Counted from the stretch's first letter, positions 1 to 9,853 are shown. The stretch: DNA of 64,000 bases from Alphaproteobacteria bacterium (GCA_038131485.1 JAYPPO010000010.1:521-64520), one strand, 5' to 3'. The notes: generated by a model from the letters alone, not told the origin. A program made the numbers and translations.

Positions 1-1
1 C

Positions 2-208
2 CTCGACCCGTCGGCGGCAACCGTGGCGGAATTCTACCGCGGTCTCGTCGACGGCTTCGTTCTCGACCGTACGGACGCAGCGCTCGAAGACGATGTCCGC
101 CAATTCGTGCCGCACGTCCTCATCGCCGACACGGTAATGACGTCGGACGACGACCGCGCGCGCCTCGCCGGGGAAGTCGTCGCCTTCGCCGAAAGCCTCG
201 CCGGGTGA
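2..208 (+). CDS. cofD: 2-phospho-L-lactate/PEP transferase CofD/FbiA, C-terminal part (truncated by window start)
   Basis: Frame reads LDPSAATVAEFYRGLVDGFVLDRTD...ADTVMTSDDDRARLAGEV, typical CofD C-terminus; stop overlaps cofC start (GTGA). Confidence 0.8.
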   Translation, partial: LDPSAATVAEFYRGLVDGFVLDRTDAALEDDVRQFVPHVLIADTVMTSDDDRARLAGEVVAFAESLAG

Positions 209-786
209 GTGCCTGCGGGATCATCGTCCCGGTAAAGGGCATCGCCGCCGGCAAGTCGCGCCTGTCGGCCGTCCTCGACGACGAAGCGCGCGCCGGTCTC
301 ATCCTCGAACTCGCCCGGCGCACCGTCGCGCTCGCAACGTCCCTCGCGGACGCCGACGTCGTGGTCGCGGTCGCCGAGGCCGGAACGGCGGACGCGCTGC
401 GTGCGGCCGGCGCGCGCACGATCGTCCAGTCCGGCGAAGGTCTCAACGCGGCGCTGACGGAGGCTGCCGGGCTGCTATCGGCGGTGCGCACGCTGGTCGT
501 TCCCGCCGACCTCCCCGGCCTGTCGGAGGATGACCTTCGAGCGCATCTGAATTGCCGGGGCGTCGGCCTTTCCCCCGACCGGCACGGCACCGGCACCAAC
601 ATGCTGAGCATGTCCACCGCGGCGTCCGTACCGTTCATGTTCGGCGCAGGAAGCCTCACTGCGCACCAGAAAGCGGCGCGAGCTGCCGGCCTCACCGTCG
701 AGATTATCGACCTCCCAGGAATTGCGCTCGACCTCGACACGCCGGAGGATTTAATCGCGTACGGAGGCTGGCCTATCCGCGCGTAA
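205..786 (+). CDS. cofC: 2-phospho-L-lactate/PEP guanylyltransferase CofC/FbiD
   Basis: Motifs VPVK..GKSRL, GLN.A, PADLP, DRHGTGTN, FGAGS...H, DLDTPED; adjacent to cofD. Confidence 0.9.
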   Translation: MSACGIIVPVKGIAAGKSRLSAVLDDEARAGLILELARRTVALATSLADADVVVAVAEAGTADALRAAGARTIVQSGEGLNAALTEAAGLLSAVRTLVVPADLPGLSEDDLRAHLNCRGVGLSPDRHGTGTNMLSMSTAASVPFMFGAGSLTAHQKAARAAGLTVEIIDLPGIALDLDTPEDLIAYGGWPIRA

Positions 787-878
787 AATCGTAATGTTGG
801 CATTGCTGGCCCTCGGAGACATAGCCCCTGAAATTTTTTCGCCGGCCCAAAAGAACAATCACAGAGAGGTATTTTGAC

Positions 879-1199
879 ATGTCCGGCCAAATTCAGGCGT
901 CGCACATTTTGCTCATGTATGACGGTTCGCTGCGCTCGACGGCGACGCGCAGTCAGGACGAAGCGAAACAGAAAATCGAACAGATCAAGGCCGACATCGA
1001 CGGCGGGGTGGAATTCGCAGACGCGGCGCGCCAGCACTCCGACTGCCCCTCGTCCTCGCAGGGCGGCGACCTCGGCAGCTTCGGCCGCGGCATGATGGTA
1101 CCGGAATTCGAGGAAGCGGCTTTCGGCCTCGATGTCGGCGCGACCAGCGGCATCGTCGAAACCGACTTCGGCTATCACCTCATTCAGCGGACGGGCTGA
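879..1199 (+). CDS. Parvulin-type peptidyl-prolyl cis-trans isomerase
   Basis: ASHIL, SDCPS...[23 protein letters not shown]; RBS GAGAGG upstream. Confidence 0.92.
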   Translation: MSGQIQASHILLMYDGSLRSTATRSQDEAKQKIEQIKADIDGGVEFADAARQHSDCPSSSQGGDLGSFGRGMMVPEFEEAAFGLDVGATSGIVETDFGYHLIQRTG

Positions 1200-1229
1200 C
1201 CAGCCGATCGTCCGGGACAGCGGTAACGC

Positions 1230-1838
1230 CTACCAGGCCAGCCGATAAGGAATCTGGACCGGCCCGTCATACTGTTCGACGGCGCCGCTCTCCGGGTCGA
1301 ACCGGTTCTGGACAAACGTCCCCGACCGCTTGCTGCGGACGATAAAACCGACGGTGCGTTCGTCGCCGTTGCGCTCCTCGTGAATCTGCCAGGGCGGCAC
1401 GAAATCGATATAGCCCGGCGTCACGTCATGGCTGCCCGACCGCTCTATGGACGCGGTCGATGCGATCTGCGGGCCGCCGTCCGTGCGGTCGAAGCGGGTG
1501 ACCTTCTCGCCGCCTTCCAGAACGCCATAGAGCGTCCATGACTCTCCGTGATCGTGCACCGACGAGTTGATGCCCGGCGCCTTGATCAGCGCGTTCAGCA
1601 CGAACCCGTAATCCGGATCCTCGTAGAACAGCAGATTGCCCGGCCTGCCCTCGACGGTGAGGCTGTCGGGCCAGCTCTCCGCGTGCCGTTTGAGATCGTC
1701 GTCCGCGAGCAGCTCACGCAGCGCATCGCAGGCGTTGGTCCACAGCTCGGTCTCGTTCCGTCCGTCGGCGTGCCATGCGCGCATTTTTTCGACGAACTCG
1801 GCCGCCGCCGGCAGTAGGTCCGCTGTCCGCTCGCCCAT
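1230..1838 (-). CDS. Cysteine dioxygenase-like cupin (thiol dioxygenase family)
   Basis: VHDHGESWTLYGVLEGGE and PPWQIH His motifs; ATG at 1838 follows GGAGA. Confidence 0.7.
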   Translation of the reverse strand: MGERTADLLPAAAEFVEKMRAWHADGRNETELWTNACDALRELLADDDLKRHAESWPDSLTVEGRPGNLLFYEDPDYGFVLNALIKAPGINSSVHDHGESWTLYGVLEGGEKVTRFDRTDGGPQIASTASIERSGSHDVTPGYIDFVPPWQIHEERNGDERTVGFIVRSKRSGTFVQNRFDPESGAVEQYDGPVQIPYRLAW

Positions 1839-1930
1839 GGCGAAATCTCCTCGATGGTTCGATAGCCATGTTATCGGCACGGCCAATGGATTAAAACAGA
1901 CGGGGACTGAAACAGGGAGGACGACGACCG

Positions 1931-2893
1931 ATGTACTACGACTTCGTACCCATGCCGGAACGCAAGCCGCTGAAGTGGCCCGACGGCAAACGCCTTGCCG
2001 TGTTCGTGACCTTCAATCTCGAATACTGGGACCTGACCAAGGACACCGAAGAATCCTACTACGCGGGAGGTCCCTCGATCCTGCCCGATCCCCTTCCCGG
2101 CAACGTCGCCGACATCCCGAATTACACGTGGCGCGAGTACGGCCAGCGGGTCGGCATCTGGCGCCTGTTCGACATCATGGATAAGGCCGGTGTCCCGGCT
2201 AGCTGTACGATGAACGCGAAGATGGGCATTGAACGGCCGCAGGCGATCAAGTACTGCGTCGAGCGCGGCTGGGAGCTTGTCGCGCATAACTATGTCCAGA
2301 CCGACCTTCTGACCAATTACTATTTCGATCCGGAGGGCGAGCGTCAGATCGTTCTGGAAACCATCGACGTTTACAAGAAGGTGGTCGGGAAGAAGCCCGC
2401 GGGCTGGCTGTCATCGTCACTCCGCACCAACCCGTCGACGGTCGACATCCTCGCCGAACAGGGGCTGCTCTACACTGCCGACTTCCTAAACGACGATCAG
2501 CCATACCTGATGCAGACGGACCACGGTCCCATCGTCTCGGTTCCCTACACGGTCGAGATCAACGATTTCATGATGTTCATGCGGCGCGGCAACTCCACCA
2601 GCGAGGCTTTCAACGTCATGAAAGAGCAGTTCGACACGCTCTACATGGAGGGCACCGAGAGTGGTCGGCTAATGAATCTTGGCCTGCACCCGCACGTCAT
2701 CGGCCAGCCCTTCCGCGCCCGCGCCCTCAGGGAATTCGTCGACTATGCCAAGCAGTTCCCAGACGTCTGGTGGACGACCCGGGAGGAGCTTGCGAAGTGG
2801 TATCTGAAAAACCACGAAAGCCATATTCCGCCGAAAAAGCGGCGGCGCGGCCGGACAGAAACGCCGGCCAACCAGAAACGCAGCCAAAGGTAG
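1931..2893 (+). CDS. Polysaccharide deacetylase family, PuuE/allantoinase-like
   Basis: WPDGKRLAV, NYTWREYGQRVGIWRL, DDQPY, GLHPHVIGQPFR; RBS GGAGG. Confidence 0.85.
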   Translation: MYYDFVPMPERKPLKWPDGKRLAVFVTFNLEYWDLTKDTEESYYAGGPSILPDPLPGNVADIPNYTWREYGQRVGIWRLFDIMDKAGVPASCTMNAKMGIERPQAIKYCVERGWELVAHNYVQTDLLTNYYFDPEGERQIVLETIDVYKKVVGKKPAGWLSSSLRTNPSTVDILAEQGLLYTADFLNDDQPYLMQTDHGPIVSVPYTVEINDFMMFMRRGNSTSEAFNVMKEQFDTLYMEGTESGRLMNLGLHPHVIGQPFRARALREFVDYAKQFPDVWWTTREELAKWYLKNHESHIPPKKRRRGRTETPANQKRSQR

Positions 2894-2917
2894 GTTGCCT
2901 GGCACTCACCAAGAGAA

Positions 2918-2953
2918 GGCCCTCTGCAGCGGTGGAGGGCCGCCTATTTTCTT
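2918..2953 (+). terminator. Putative intrinsic terminator
   Basis: GGCCCTCTGC-AGCG-GTGGAGGGCC hairpin followed by TATTTTCTT, just after the deacetylase stop. Confidence 0.55.
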
Positions 2954-2971
2954 AAAGCGTCGCGAATTGAC

Positions 2972-4072
2972 ATGCGTTCGGCCATGCCGTCTAACGGATC
3001 AGTGACGAAACCCGCGGACCTGTTTAACTATTTCCTGCGCTGCACACCGACACTCATTCTCGGGGCGGCCGGTGGCTGGCTTATGGAGCAGATCCATGCA
3101 CCGCTACCGTGGTTTTTCGGATCGCTTTTCGCCGTCGCCACTGTGAACATTGCCGGCTGGCGCGTCCGGAGCCCTAAGGGCGCTCGGCAGTGCGGCCAAA
3201 TCCTGATAGGCACCACGATCGGACTGTACTTCACGCCGGCGGTGGCGGCGGTCGTCGCCGCGCATCTGCCGTGGATGGTCCTTGTGGCAGTCGTCTCGAT
3301 CGGGCTTGGCGGTCTCGGCGGCGCAATCCTGATCCGCATCGCCAGGGTCGACGGCGCCACTGCATTCTTCGGCAACGTTCCAGGCGGTATGGCGGAGATG
3401 CTGGCACTCGGCGACAGGTTCGGCGCGCGACCCGACCAGCTCACGCTCTCTCAACTCACCCGTGTAACCATCGTCATTCTGTCGATCCCGCCCGCGCTCA
3501 CCTTCTTCGGCGAGACTGGCGAAAACATTTTCGTCCCCTTCGCACGTGAGGTGGACTATCCGCTGCTCGCCTGTCTGCTAGGGGCGTCCGTTATCAGCGC
3601 GTTCGCTCTTTTCAAGGTACGCCTGCCCAACTGCTGGATGCTCGGCGCCGCCATCCTCAGCAGCCTGCTAACCATCTTCGAGATCGAGATGTCTGCAATG
3701 CCGAAGGATCTACTCAGCGTGGCGCAGGTATTGATTGGCATTGCACTCGGCGAGCGGTTTGACCGCACGTCTTTCACCAGCGCGCCGCGCGTAATCGTAG
3801 GCTCGGCGATTACGACGGTCTTAATGATGGGGCTGGCCGTTGCTCTCGCCATGTTCATTGCGGGACAGACGGAGATCGTGCCGACTGCGATGATCGCCGC
3901 GACGGCGCCGGGCGGGCTCGCCGAAATGAGCCTTACGGCCGCAGTGCTAAAGCTGGGCGTCCCGCTGGTGACCGCCTATCACGTCGTCCGGATTCTGATG
4001 ATCACTGCCTTCACCCTACCGGCGTTCTATCTTGCACGGCGCCTCATGCAACCGGCGGGACGCGCATCTTGA
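2972..4072 (+). CDS. AbrB-family (AidB regulator / putative ammonia monooxygenase family) duplicated membrane protein
   Basis: Many TM segments; two internal repeats PLPWFFG/LPNCWMLG and PGGMAEM/PGGLAEM. Start could be GTG at 3002. Confidence 0.8.
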   Translation: MRSAMPSNGSVTKPADLFNYFLRCTPTLILGAAGGWLMEQIHAPLPWFFGSLFAVATVNIAGWRVRSPKGARQCGQILIGTTIGLYFTPAVAAVVAAHLPWMVLVAVVSIGLGGLGGAILIRIARVDGATAFFGNVPGGMAEMLALGDRFGARPDQLTLSQLTRVTIVILSIPPALTFFGETGENIFVPFAREVDYPLLACLLGASVISAFALFKVRLPNCWMLGAAILSSLLTIFEIEMSAMPKDLLSVAQVLIGIALGERFDRTSFTSAPRVIVGSAITTVLMMGLAVALAMFIAGQTEIVPTAMIAATAPGGLAEMSLTAAVLKLGVPLVTAYHVVRILMITAFTLPAFYLARRLMQPAGRAS

Positions 4073-5067
4073 TCGACGCCGTCATCCTCGATGCGCTCCG
4101 TCAGATTGGCCTTCTTGCTGACGGGGAAACGCCAGCTGCCGAAGCGCTGACTGGCGGCGTTTCGTCCGATATATGGAAGGTCACGTCGGCCCACGGTACG
4201 TTCTGCATCAAGCGTGCGCTCGCGAAGCTTCGCACCGAAAAGGACTGGTTCGCGCCCGTCTCGCGCAACTCGAACGAGGCGGCCTGGATTCGCATCGCCG
4301 CCCAGGCTGTGCCGTCGGGCGTGCCTGAACTGATCGGGGAGGGCTCGGACACCGGCATGTTCGCGATGGCATATCTCGACCCGGCCGATCACCCGGTTTG
4401 GAAGTCGCTGCTGCGCGACGGTCATGTCCTACCGGGATCGGCGAAAGCGGTCGGCGATGCACTGGGCCGTATCCACGCGGCCACTGCCGGCGACGCAGCC
4501 ATAGCTGAGCGCTTCGCGACGGACGACATTTTTCACGCCATCCGGCTGGAGCCCTATCTGCTACGCACTGCAGAAGCCCATCCCGATCTTGCCGACCGGC
4601 TGCGCGACCTGGCTAGCTTGACGGCTGAAACCCGTCTCGCCCTCGTCCATGGCGACGTGAGCCCCAAGAACATCCTCATCGGTCCTGAGGGCCCCGTGTT
4701 CCTGGACGCGGAATGCGCATGGTACGGCGACCCGGCATTCGATCTCGCTTTCTGCCTGAACCACATGTTGCTGAAATGCGTCTGGCGTCCGCAATGGGCG
4801 GACCGATACCTCGCATGCTTCCATGAACTGCGAGACGCCTATCTGCACCATGTGTCGTGGGAGCCGGCCGGCACGATGGAAGCGCGAACAGCTGCCCTTC
4901 TCCCGGGCCTTCTTCTCGCACGCATCGACGGAACGTCTCCGGTAGAGTACATCACGGAAGAGAGCGACAAAGACTGCGTACGCCGCGCCGCGCGCGCCGG
5001 TCTGTGCGAGGACACGGAAAGGCTGGAGAACGTCGCGACGCTTTTCCGCCAATCGTTAGGTATATGA
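4069..5067 (+). CDS. APH/choline-kinase-fold phosphotransferase (methylthioribose kinase-like)
   Basis: LTGGVSSDIW loop, IKRALAKLR, Brenner motif HGDVSPKNIL, LDAECAWYGDPAFD; TTGA and ATGA overlaps with both neighbours. Confidence 0.82.
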   Translation: MIDAVILDALRQIGLLADGETPAAEALTGGVSSDIWKVTSAHGTFCIKRALAKLRTEKDWFAPVSRNSNEAAWIRIAAQAVPSGVPELIGEGSDTGMFAMAYLDPADHPVWKSLLRDGHVLPGSAKAVGDALGRIHAATAGDAAIAERFATDDIFHAIRLEPYLLRTAEAHPDLADRLRDLASLTAETRLALVHGDVSPKNILIGPEGPVFLDAECAWYGDPAFDLAFCLNHMLLKCVWRPQWADRYLACFHELRDAYLHHVSWEPAGTMEARTAALLPGLLLARIDGTSPVEYITEESDKDCVRRAARAGLCEDTERLENVATLFRQSLGI

Positions 5068-6329
5068 GCAACAACAACATAACGGGCATCGCCGCTCGGC
5101 GTGTCTGGGACTCCCGCGGCAGGCCGACGGTCGAGGTCGAGGCGATCCTGTCTGGCGGCGCAACAGGCCGGGCGATCGCGCCCGCCGGCGCTTCCAGGGG
5201 AGCCAACGAGGCGATCGATCTGCGGGACGGCGGCAAAGACCTCGGCGGCTTCGGCGTCGAAAAGGCGCTCGACAACATCGCCGATGAAATTGCGCCCCTT
5301 CTCGAAGGGATGGACGCGGAGGACCAAGAGGCCGTCGATCTAGCGATGATCGAGTGCGACGACACAGACGACAAATCCCGGCTCGGCGGCAATGCGATCG
5401 TCGCGGTCTCAATGGCGGTGCTCAGCGCGATGGCGACGAGCCGCAAGCTCCCCCTCTGGCGGCATCTCGCGGGAGATGCGCAGGTTCGGCTGCCGATGCC
5501 AGAGATCCAGATCTTCGGCGGCGGCGCGCATGCCGGCCGCTGGGTCGACATCCAGGATTTTATGGCCATCCCTGTGGGAGCCGAGACATTCGACGAGGCA
5601 CTCGAGATGGTCGCCGAAGTCTATCTCGCTGCCGGCCAGCTGATGCAGGACGCGGGCAAACTTGGGGGCGTTGCCGACGAAGGCGGATGGTGGCCGGCGT
5701 TCGACACCAACGAGGAAGCGCTCGACACGCTGGTCCAGGCCATCGAGAAAGCGGGCCTCCAGCCCGGCGTCGACGTTGCGATTTCGCTCGATATCGCCGC
5801 CTCGGAGTTCGGCAAGAACGGCTGCTACCGGCTTGGCCTCGAAAAACGCGAACTCGACGGCGACGGCATGATTGAACTACTTGCGGGCTGGCTCGACCGA
5901 TACCCAATCTTCTCCATCGAGGATCCCCTCGGTGAGGACGATCCGGAGAATATGAAACGCTTCACGGAGCGTTTCGGTGACGAGGTCCAGATCGTTGGCG
6001 ATGATTTTCTCGTTACCAGCGCCGAGCGCGTGGCGAATGCGGCTTACGCGGGCATCTGCAATTCGGTCCTGATCAAGCCAAATCAGGCAGGCACCGTGAC
6101 CGAGACCAAGGCCGCGCTCGACACGGCCAGGGACGCCGGCTGGGGCACCATCGTCTCTGCCCGGTCGGGCGAAACAGAGGACGTCACTATCGCGCACCTC
6201 GCCGTCGGCTGGAACGCTGGACAGCTCAAGGTCGGTTCGTTTGCCCGCTCTGAGCGGATGGCTAAATGGAACGAGGTCCTGCGCATCGAGGAAGCCATGG
6301 GCGATCGCGCCCGCCTCGCTGGAACCTGA
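5064..6329 (+). CDS. eno: Enolase paralog with altered active-site motifs
   Basis: DSRGRPTVEVE, DEGG, DIAASE, SIEDP, VGDD, LIKPNQ, RSGETED, RSERMAKWN; ATG at 5064. Confidence 0.88.
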   Translation: MSNNNITGIAARRVWDSRGRPTVEVEAILSGGATGRAIAPAGASRGANEAIDLRDGGKDLGGFGVEKALDNIADEIAPLLEGMDAEDQEAVDLAMIECDDTDDKSRLGGNAIVAVSMAVLSAMATSRKLPLWRHLAGDAQVRLPMPEIQIFGGGAHAGRWVDIQDFMAIPVGAETFDEALEMVAEVYLAAGQLMQDAGKLGGVADEGGWWPAFDTNEEALDTLVQAIEKAGLQPGVDVAISLDIAASEFGKNGCYRLGLEKRELDGDGMIELLAGWLDRYPIFSIEDPLGEDDPENMKRFTERFGDEVQIVGDDFLVTSAERVANAAYAGICNSVLIKPNQAGTVTETKAALDTARDAGWGTIVSARSGETEDVTIAHLAVGWNAGQLKVGSFARSERMAKWNEVLRIEEAMGDRARLAGT

Positions 6330-6339
6330 GGCAAAGAAC

Positions 6340-7284
6340 ATGAAGGCCGTTCTCCAGTACCGTGCGAGCCCAGGGTTCCAGAACCGCATTGTCGCTCAGG
6401 CCCCAGACTGGCTCGACGTCGTCATCGTTGACGAGGCGGAAAAGGATGCCTTCGCAACCGAAATGCGTGACGCCGACGTGCTGCTGCACGTGCTCGAACC
6501 CGTCACCGTGGCCAGCATCAAGGGCGCGCCCTCACTCGCCCTAATCCAGAAGATCGGTGTCGGTGTGAACACCATCGACCTGGAGACCGCCCGTAAGCGT
6601 GAGGTCGCCGTCTGCAACATGCCGGGCACGAACTCGCGCGCCGTCGCAGAAATGACGCTCGCGCTGATGCTCTCGGCGCTCAGGCGCGTCCCCTTCTTCG
6701 ATCGCCTCATGAGAAGAGGTGAAGGCTGGACTACGCCGCTAGAAGCCTTCGACCGGACCGGCGAGGTCGCGGGCCGGACGGTGGGCCTAATCGGCTATGG
6801 CGAGGTTGCGCGGCTGATCGCGCCCGTGCTGTCCGCAATGGGCGCGACGGTACTCTATACCGCGACGGCGCCGAAGGACGACGCCGTCGCGGACTGGCGG
6901 TCGCTCGAAGCCTTGCTGGCCGAGGCCGACATCCTCTCGCTGCACGTGCCGCTGACGCCCGATACCGAAAAGATCATCGATGCCGCTGCCATAGACTGGA
7001 TGAAATCAGACGCAATCATCGTTAATACCGCGCGCGGCGGCTTGATCGACGAGGCCGCGATGGTCAAGGCGCTCAAATCGGGAAAGTTGCGCGCCGCCGG
7101 CCTTGACGTCTTGACCGTGGAACCAGCGCCCGCCGGAAACCCGCTGTTCGAACTTGAGAATGTCGTCCTGATGCCGCACGTCGCTTGGCTGACGCCGGAA
7201 ACGCTCGACCGCAGCCTCGGGATTGCATTTGAGAACTGCCGGCGATTAAAGGACGGAGAGGAATTGCTTTACCGCGTCGCTTGA
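6340..7284 (+). CDS. D-isomer-specific 2-hydroxyacid dehydrogenase
   Basis: GLIGYGEVA Rossmann motif, LHVPLT, NTARGG, LDV...EP, PHVAW; ATG 10 nt after the enolase stop. Confidence 0.9.
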   Translation: MKAVLQYRASPGFQNRIVAQAPDWLDVVIVDEAEKDAFATEMRDADVLLHVLEPVTVASIKGAPSLALIQKIGVGVNTIDLETARKREVAVCNMPGTNSRAVAEMTLALMLSALRRVPFFDRLMRRGEGWTTPLEAFDRTGEVAGRTVGLIGYGEVARLIAPVLSAMGATVLYTATAPKDDAVADWRSLEALLAEADILSLHVPLTPDTEKIIDAAAIDWMKSDAIIVNTARGGLIDEAAMVKALKSGKLRAAGLDVLTVEPAPAGNPLFELENVVLMPHVAWLTPETLDRSLGIAFENCRRLKDGEELLYRVA

Positions 7285-7296
7285 CGCGTAAAGGGC

Positions 7297-8137
7297 CTAT
7301 TCGGGCTTGCGGAATTGCTGGATACCCCACGCCAGATAACCGGTTTCCGCGGCGTTTACCCAGTTCCCTAGCCCCTGGATCATGCGGTCGACGTATTCCT
7401 TGCTCGACAGCACGCACATTCGGTCGTAATTGCCAGTCAGCATTTCGCGGACACGGTTGTAGTGCGACCGCAGATGCGGCGACAGGATGTCGTCTGCGAC
7501 GTGCTGCATCCCTGACGTTGCCGCCAACTGCTTGTACAGCGCGAACGACCCGAGATTGTCGAGATGGATCCGCGCCAGCACGGAGCCAAGGACGTCCTCA
7601 GGGCAGTCGTCGGCCTGCATCGGATCGGTAAATACCAGCGAACCGCCCGGCTTCAGGACCCGGAACACCTCGTCCATCACGGTTTGCTTGCGGCCACTGT
7701 GCAGGATCGCATCCTGCGACCAGACGAGGTCATAGCTTCTGTCCGCTTCTGGCAGGTCTTCGAAGTTGCCGTATTTGACTTCGATGAGGTTTGCGAGCCC
7801 CTGCTCCGCATTCAGGCGCTCGTTGGTCGCGTTCTGCGTCCGCGAGATATTGAGGCAGACGACACGGCAGCCATAGGTTTTCGCGAGAAACCTCGCGGAA
7901 CCGCCGTAGCCCGCTCCGATATCGAGCACCTTAGTCTTCGCGTCGATGGGCTCGGCCGCCTTCGCCATGCGCTCGACCGTTAATCGGCTTGCCGTCCGGA
8001 TATCATCGGTCGTGTCGTAGAGCCCGATATGGATGTCCTCGCCGCCCCAGATGTTGAAATAGAAGCGGTCGGCTTCGTCGCTATCGTAATAGGTCTCCGT
8101 GATCCGGGCGACTTCTTCCGCCCGCGCCGCTCCAGAA

Positions 8138-8145
<8 letters not shown>
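7297..8145 (-). CDS. Sarcosine/dimethylglycine N-methyltransferase (SDMT)
   Basis: YYDSDEADRFY..IWGGEDIHIGLY, VLDIGAGYGG, WSQDAILH, FTDPMQAD, LAWGI; start overlaps GSMT stop. Confidence 0.88.
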
Positions 8146-8983
<838 letters not shown>

Positions 8984-9090
8984 TCTGGGTACTTACCTCT
9001 CGATATTCCCTCGTGGCGCGTCCGAAATACGCCCGCAGGACAGGCCGGGGTCGCGGCCTTCGCAAGCATTACGCAAAATATGAATGAGCT

Positions 9091-9119
9091 ATTATATACA
9101 ACGGAGTTTCAAATGACCA
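9091..9119 (-). promoter_or_regulatory. Putative sigma70 promoter of the GSMT-SDMT operon
   Basis: Minus strand TGGTCA-N17-TATAAT about 110 nt upstream of the GSMT ATG, next to an extremely AT-rich tract. Confidence 0.55.
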
Positions 9120-9373
9120 CAGCTCGACGAAATAAATTCCATATCAATCGCATTTGAAAAAATAATTCAAATTTTTTGAAATTAATATATAACCCTCATT
9201 ACGAAAATTTTATTCTAATTAAATCATTATTATTAATCAAAAAAAATATTTAACAATTTTTTAATTCATATAATTATAACTATTATTATTTAAATATAAA
9301 GTTATTGCGCTTTTTACTGTCGTGCAGCGTCCGGAACCGACGGTCCTTCGCTTTTACTAATTTAAATAATGGC

Positions 9374-9853
9374 TTAGCAAGAGACTGACCGCAGCCTGTG
9401 AACGCAAATGGCCGTGAGCGAGACCGATCCGGCGAAGAACCACAAACCGATGTCCATGCCAGCATCGGCAATGCCGGTGCTCTTGGTAACAACGATGGCG
9501 ATCGCAACGATAAGCACGTCGGCGCATGACCAGCGCCCGAAAAATTCCACGCGGTCGAGCCAGCCGTCGGGCGGCCCGAAGGTCGTTCGGATCCGCCAAT
9601 ACACGACCAGTGCTGCGGCAATCTTGCCAGCCGGAAAGACAACCTAAAACACGATTATTATGAGCCCGAGCAGGATCTCGCCCTCTGACAGCAGCTGCTG
9701 CGCAGCCTCCAATATGGAGAACAGGTTGGAGAAGATCATCATGTTGCTGACCTCCGCCACCGGCAGGAAAACGCCGAGGATGAGCGAGAGTGCCGCAAGT
9801 CAAATAAGATGAAAGGTCAGCCGGTCGACCGGGGAGGCGGGACTGTCTAACAT
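9374..9853 (-). pseudogene. PqiA (paraquat-inducible A)-like membrane protein pseudogene
   Basis: One frame MLDSPASPVDRL...LPVAEV...FSILEAAQQL...VVFPAGK...GRWSCADVLIVA, interrupted by in-frame TGA (9800-9802) and TAG (9644-9646). Confidence 0.7.

Noticed and set aside
120-1178. Long antisense or alternate-frame ORFs (120-1178, 36052-37101, 48122-49441, 55259-56209 and others)
   Set aside because: Shadows of well-supported genes in high-GC DNA, with no family motifs.
1874-1890. Sigma54-like CGGCACGGCCAATGGA upstream of the deacetylase
   Set aside because: The -12 position reads GG instead of the near-invariant GC.
9131-9370. AT tract as replication origin, with a CtrA-like TTAA-N7-TTAA at 9250-9264
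   Set aside because: No DnaA boxes seen, no origin-associated genes nearby, and such a match is expected by chance at ~90% AT.
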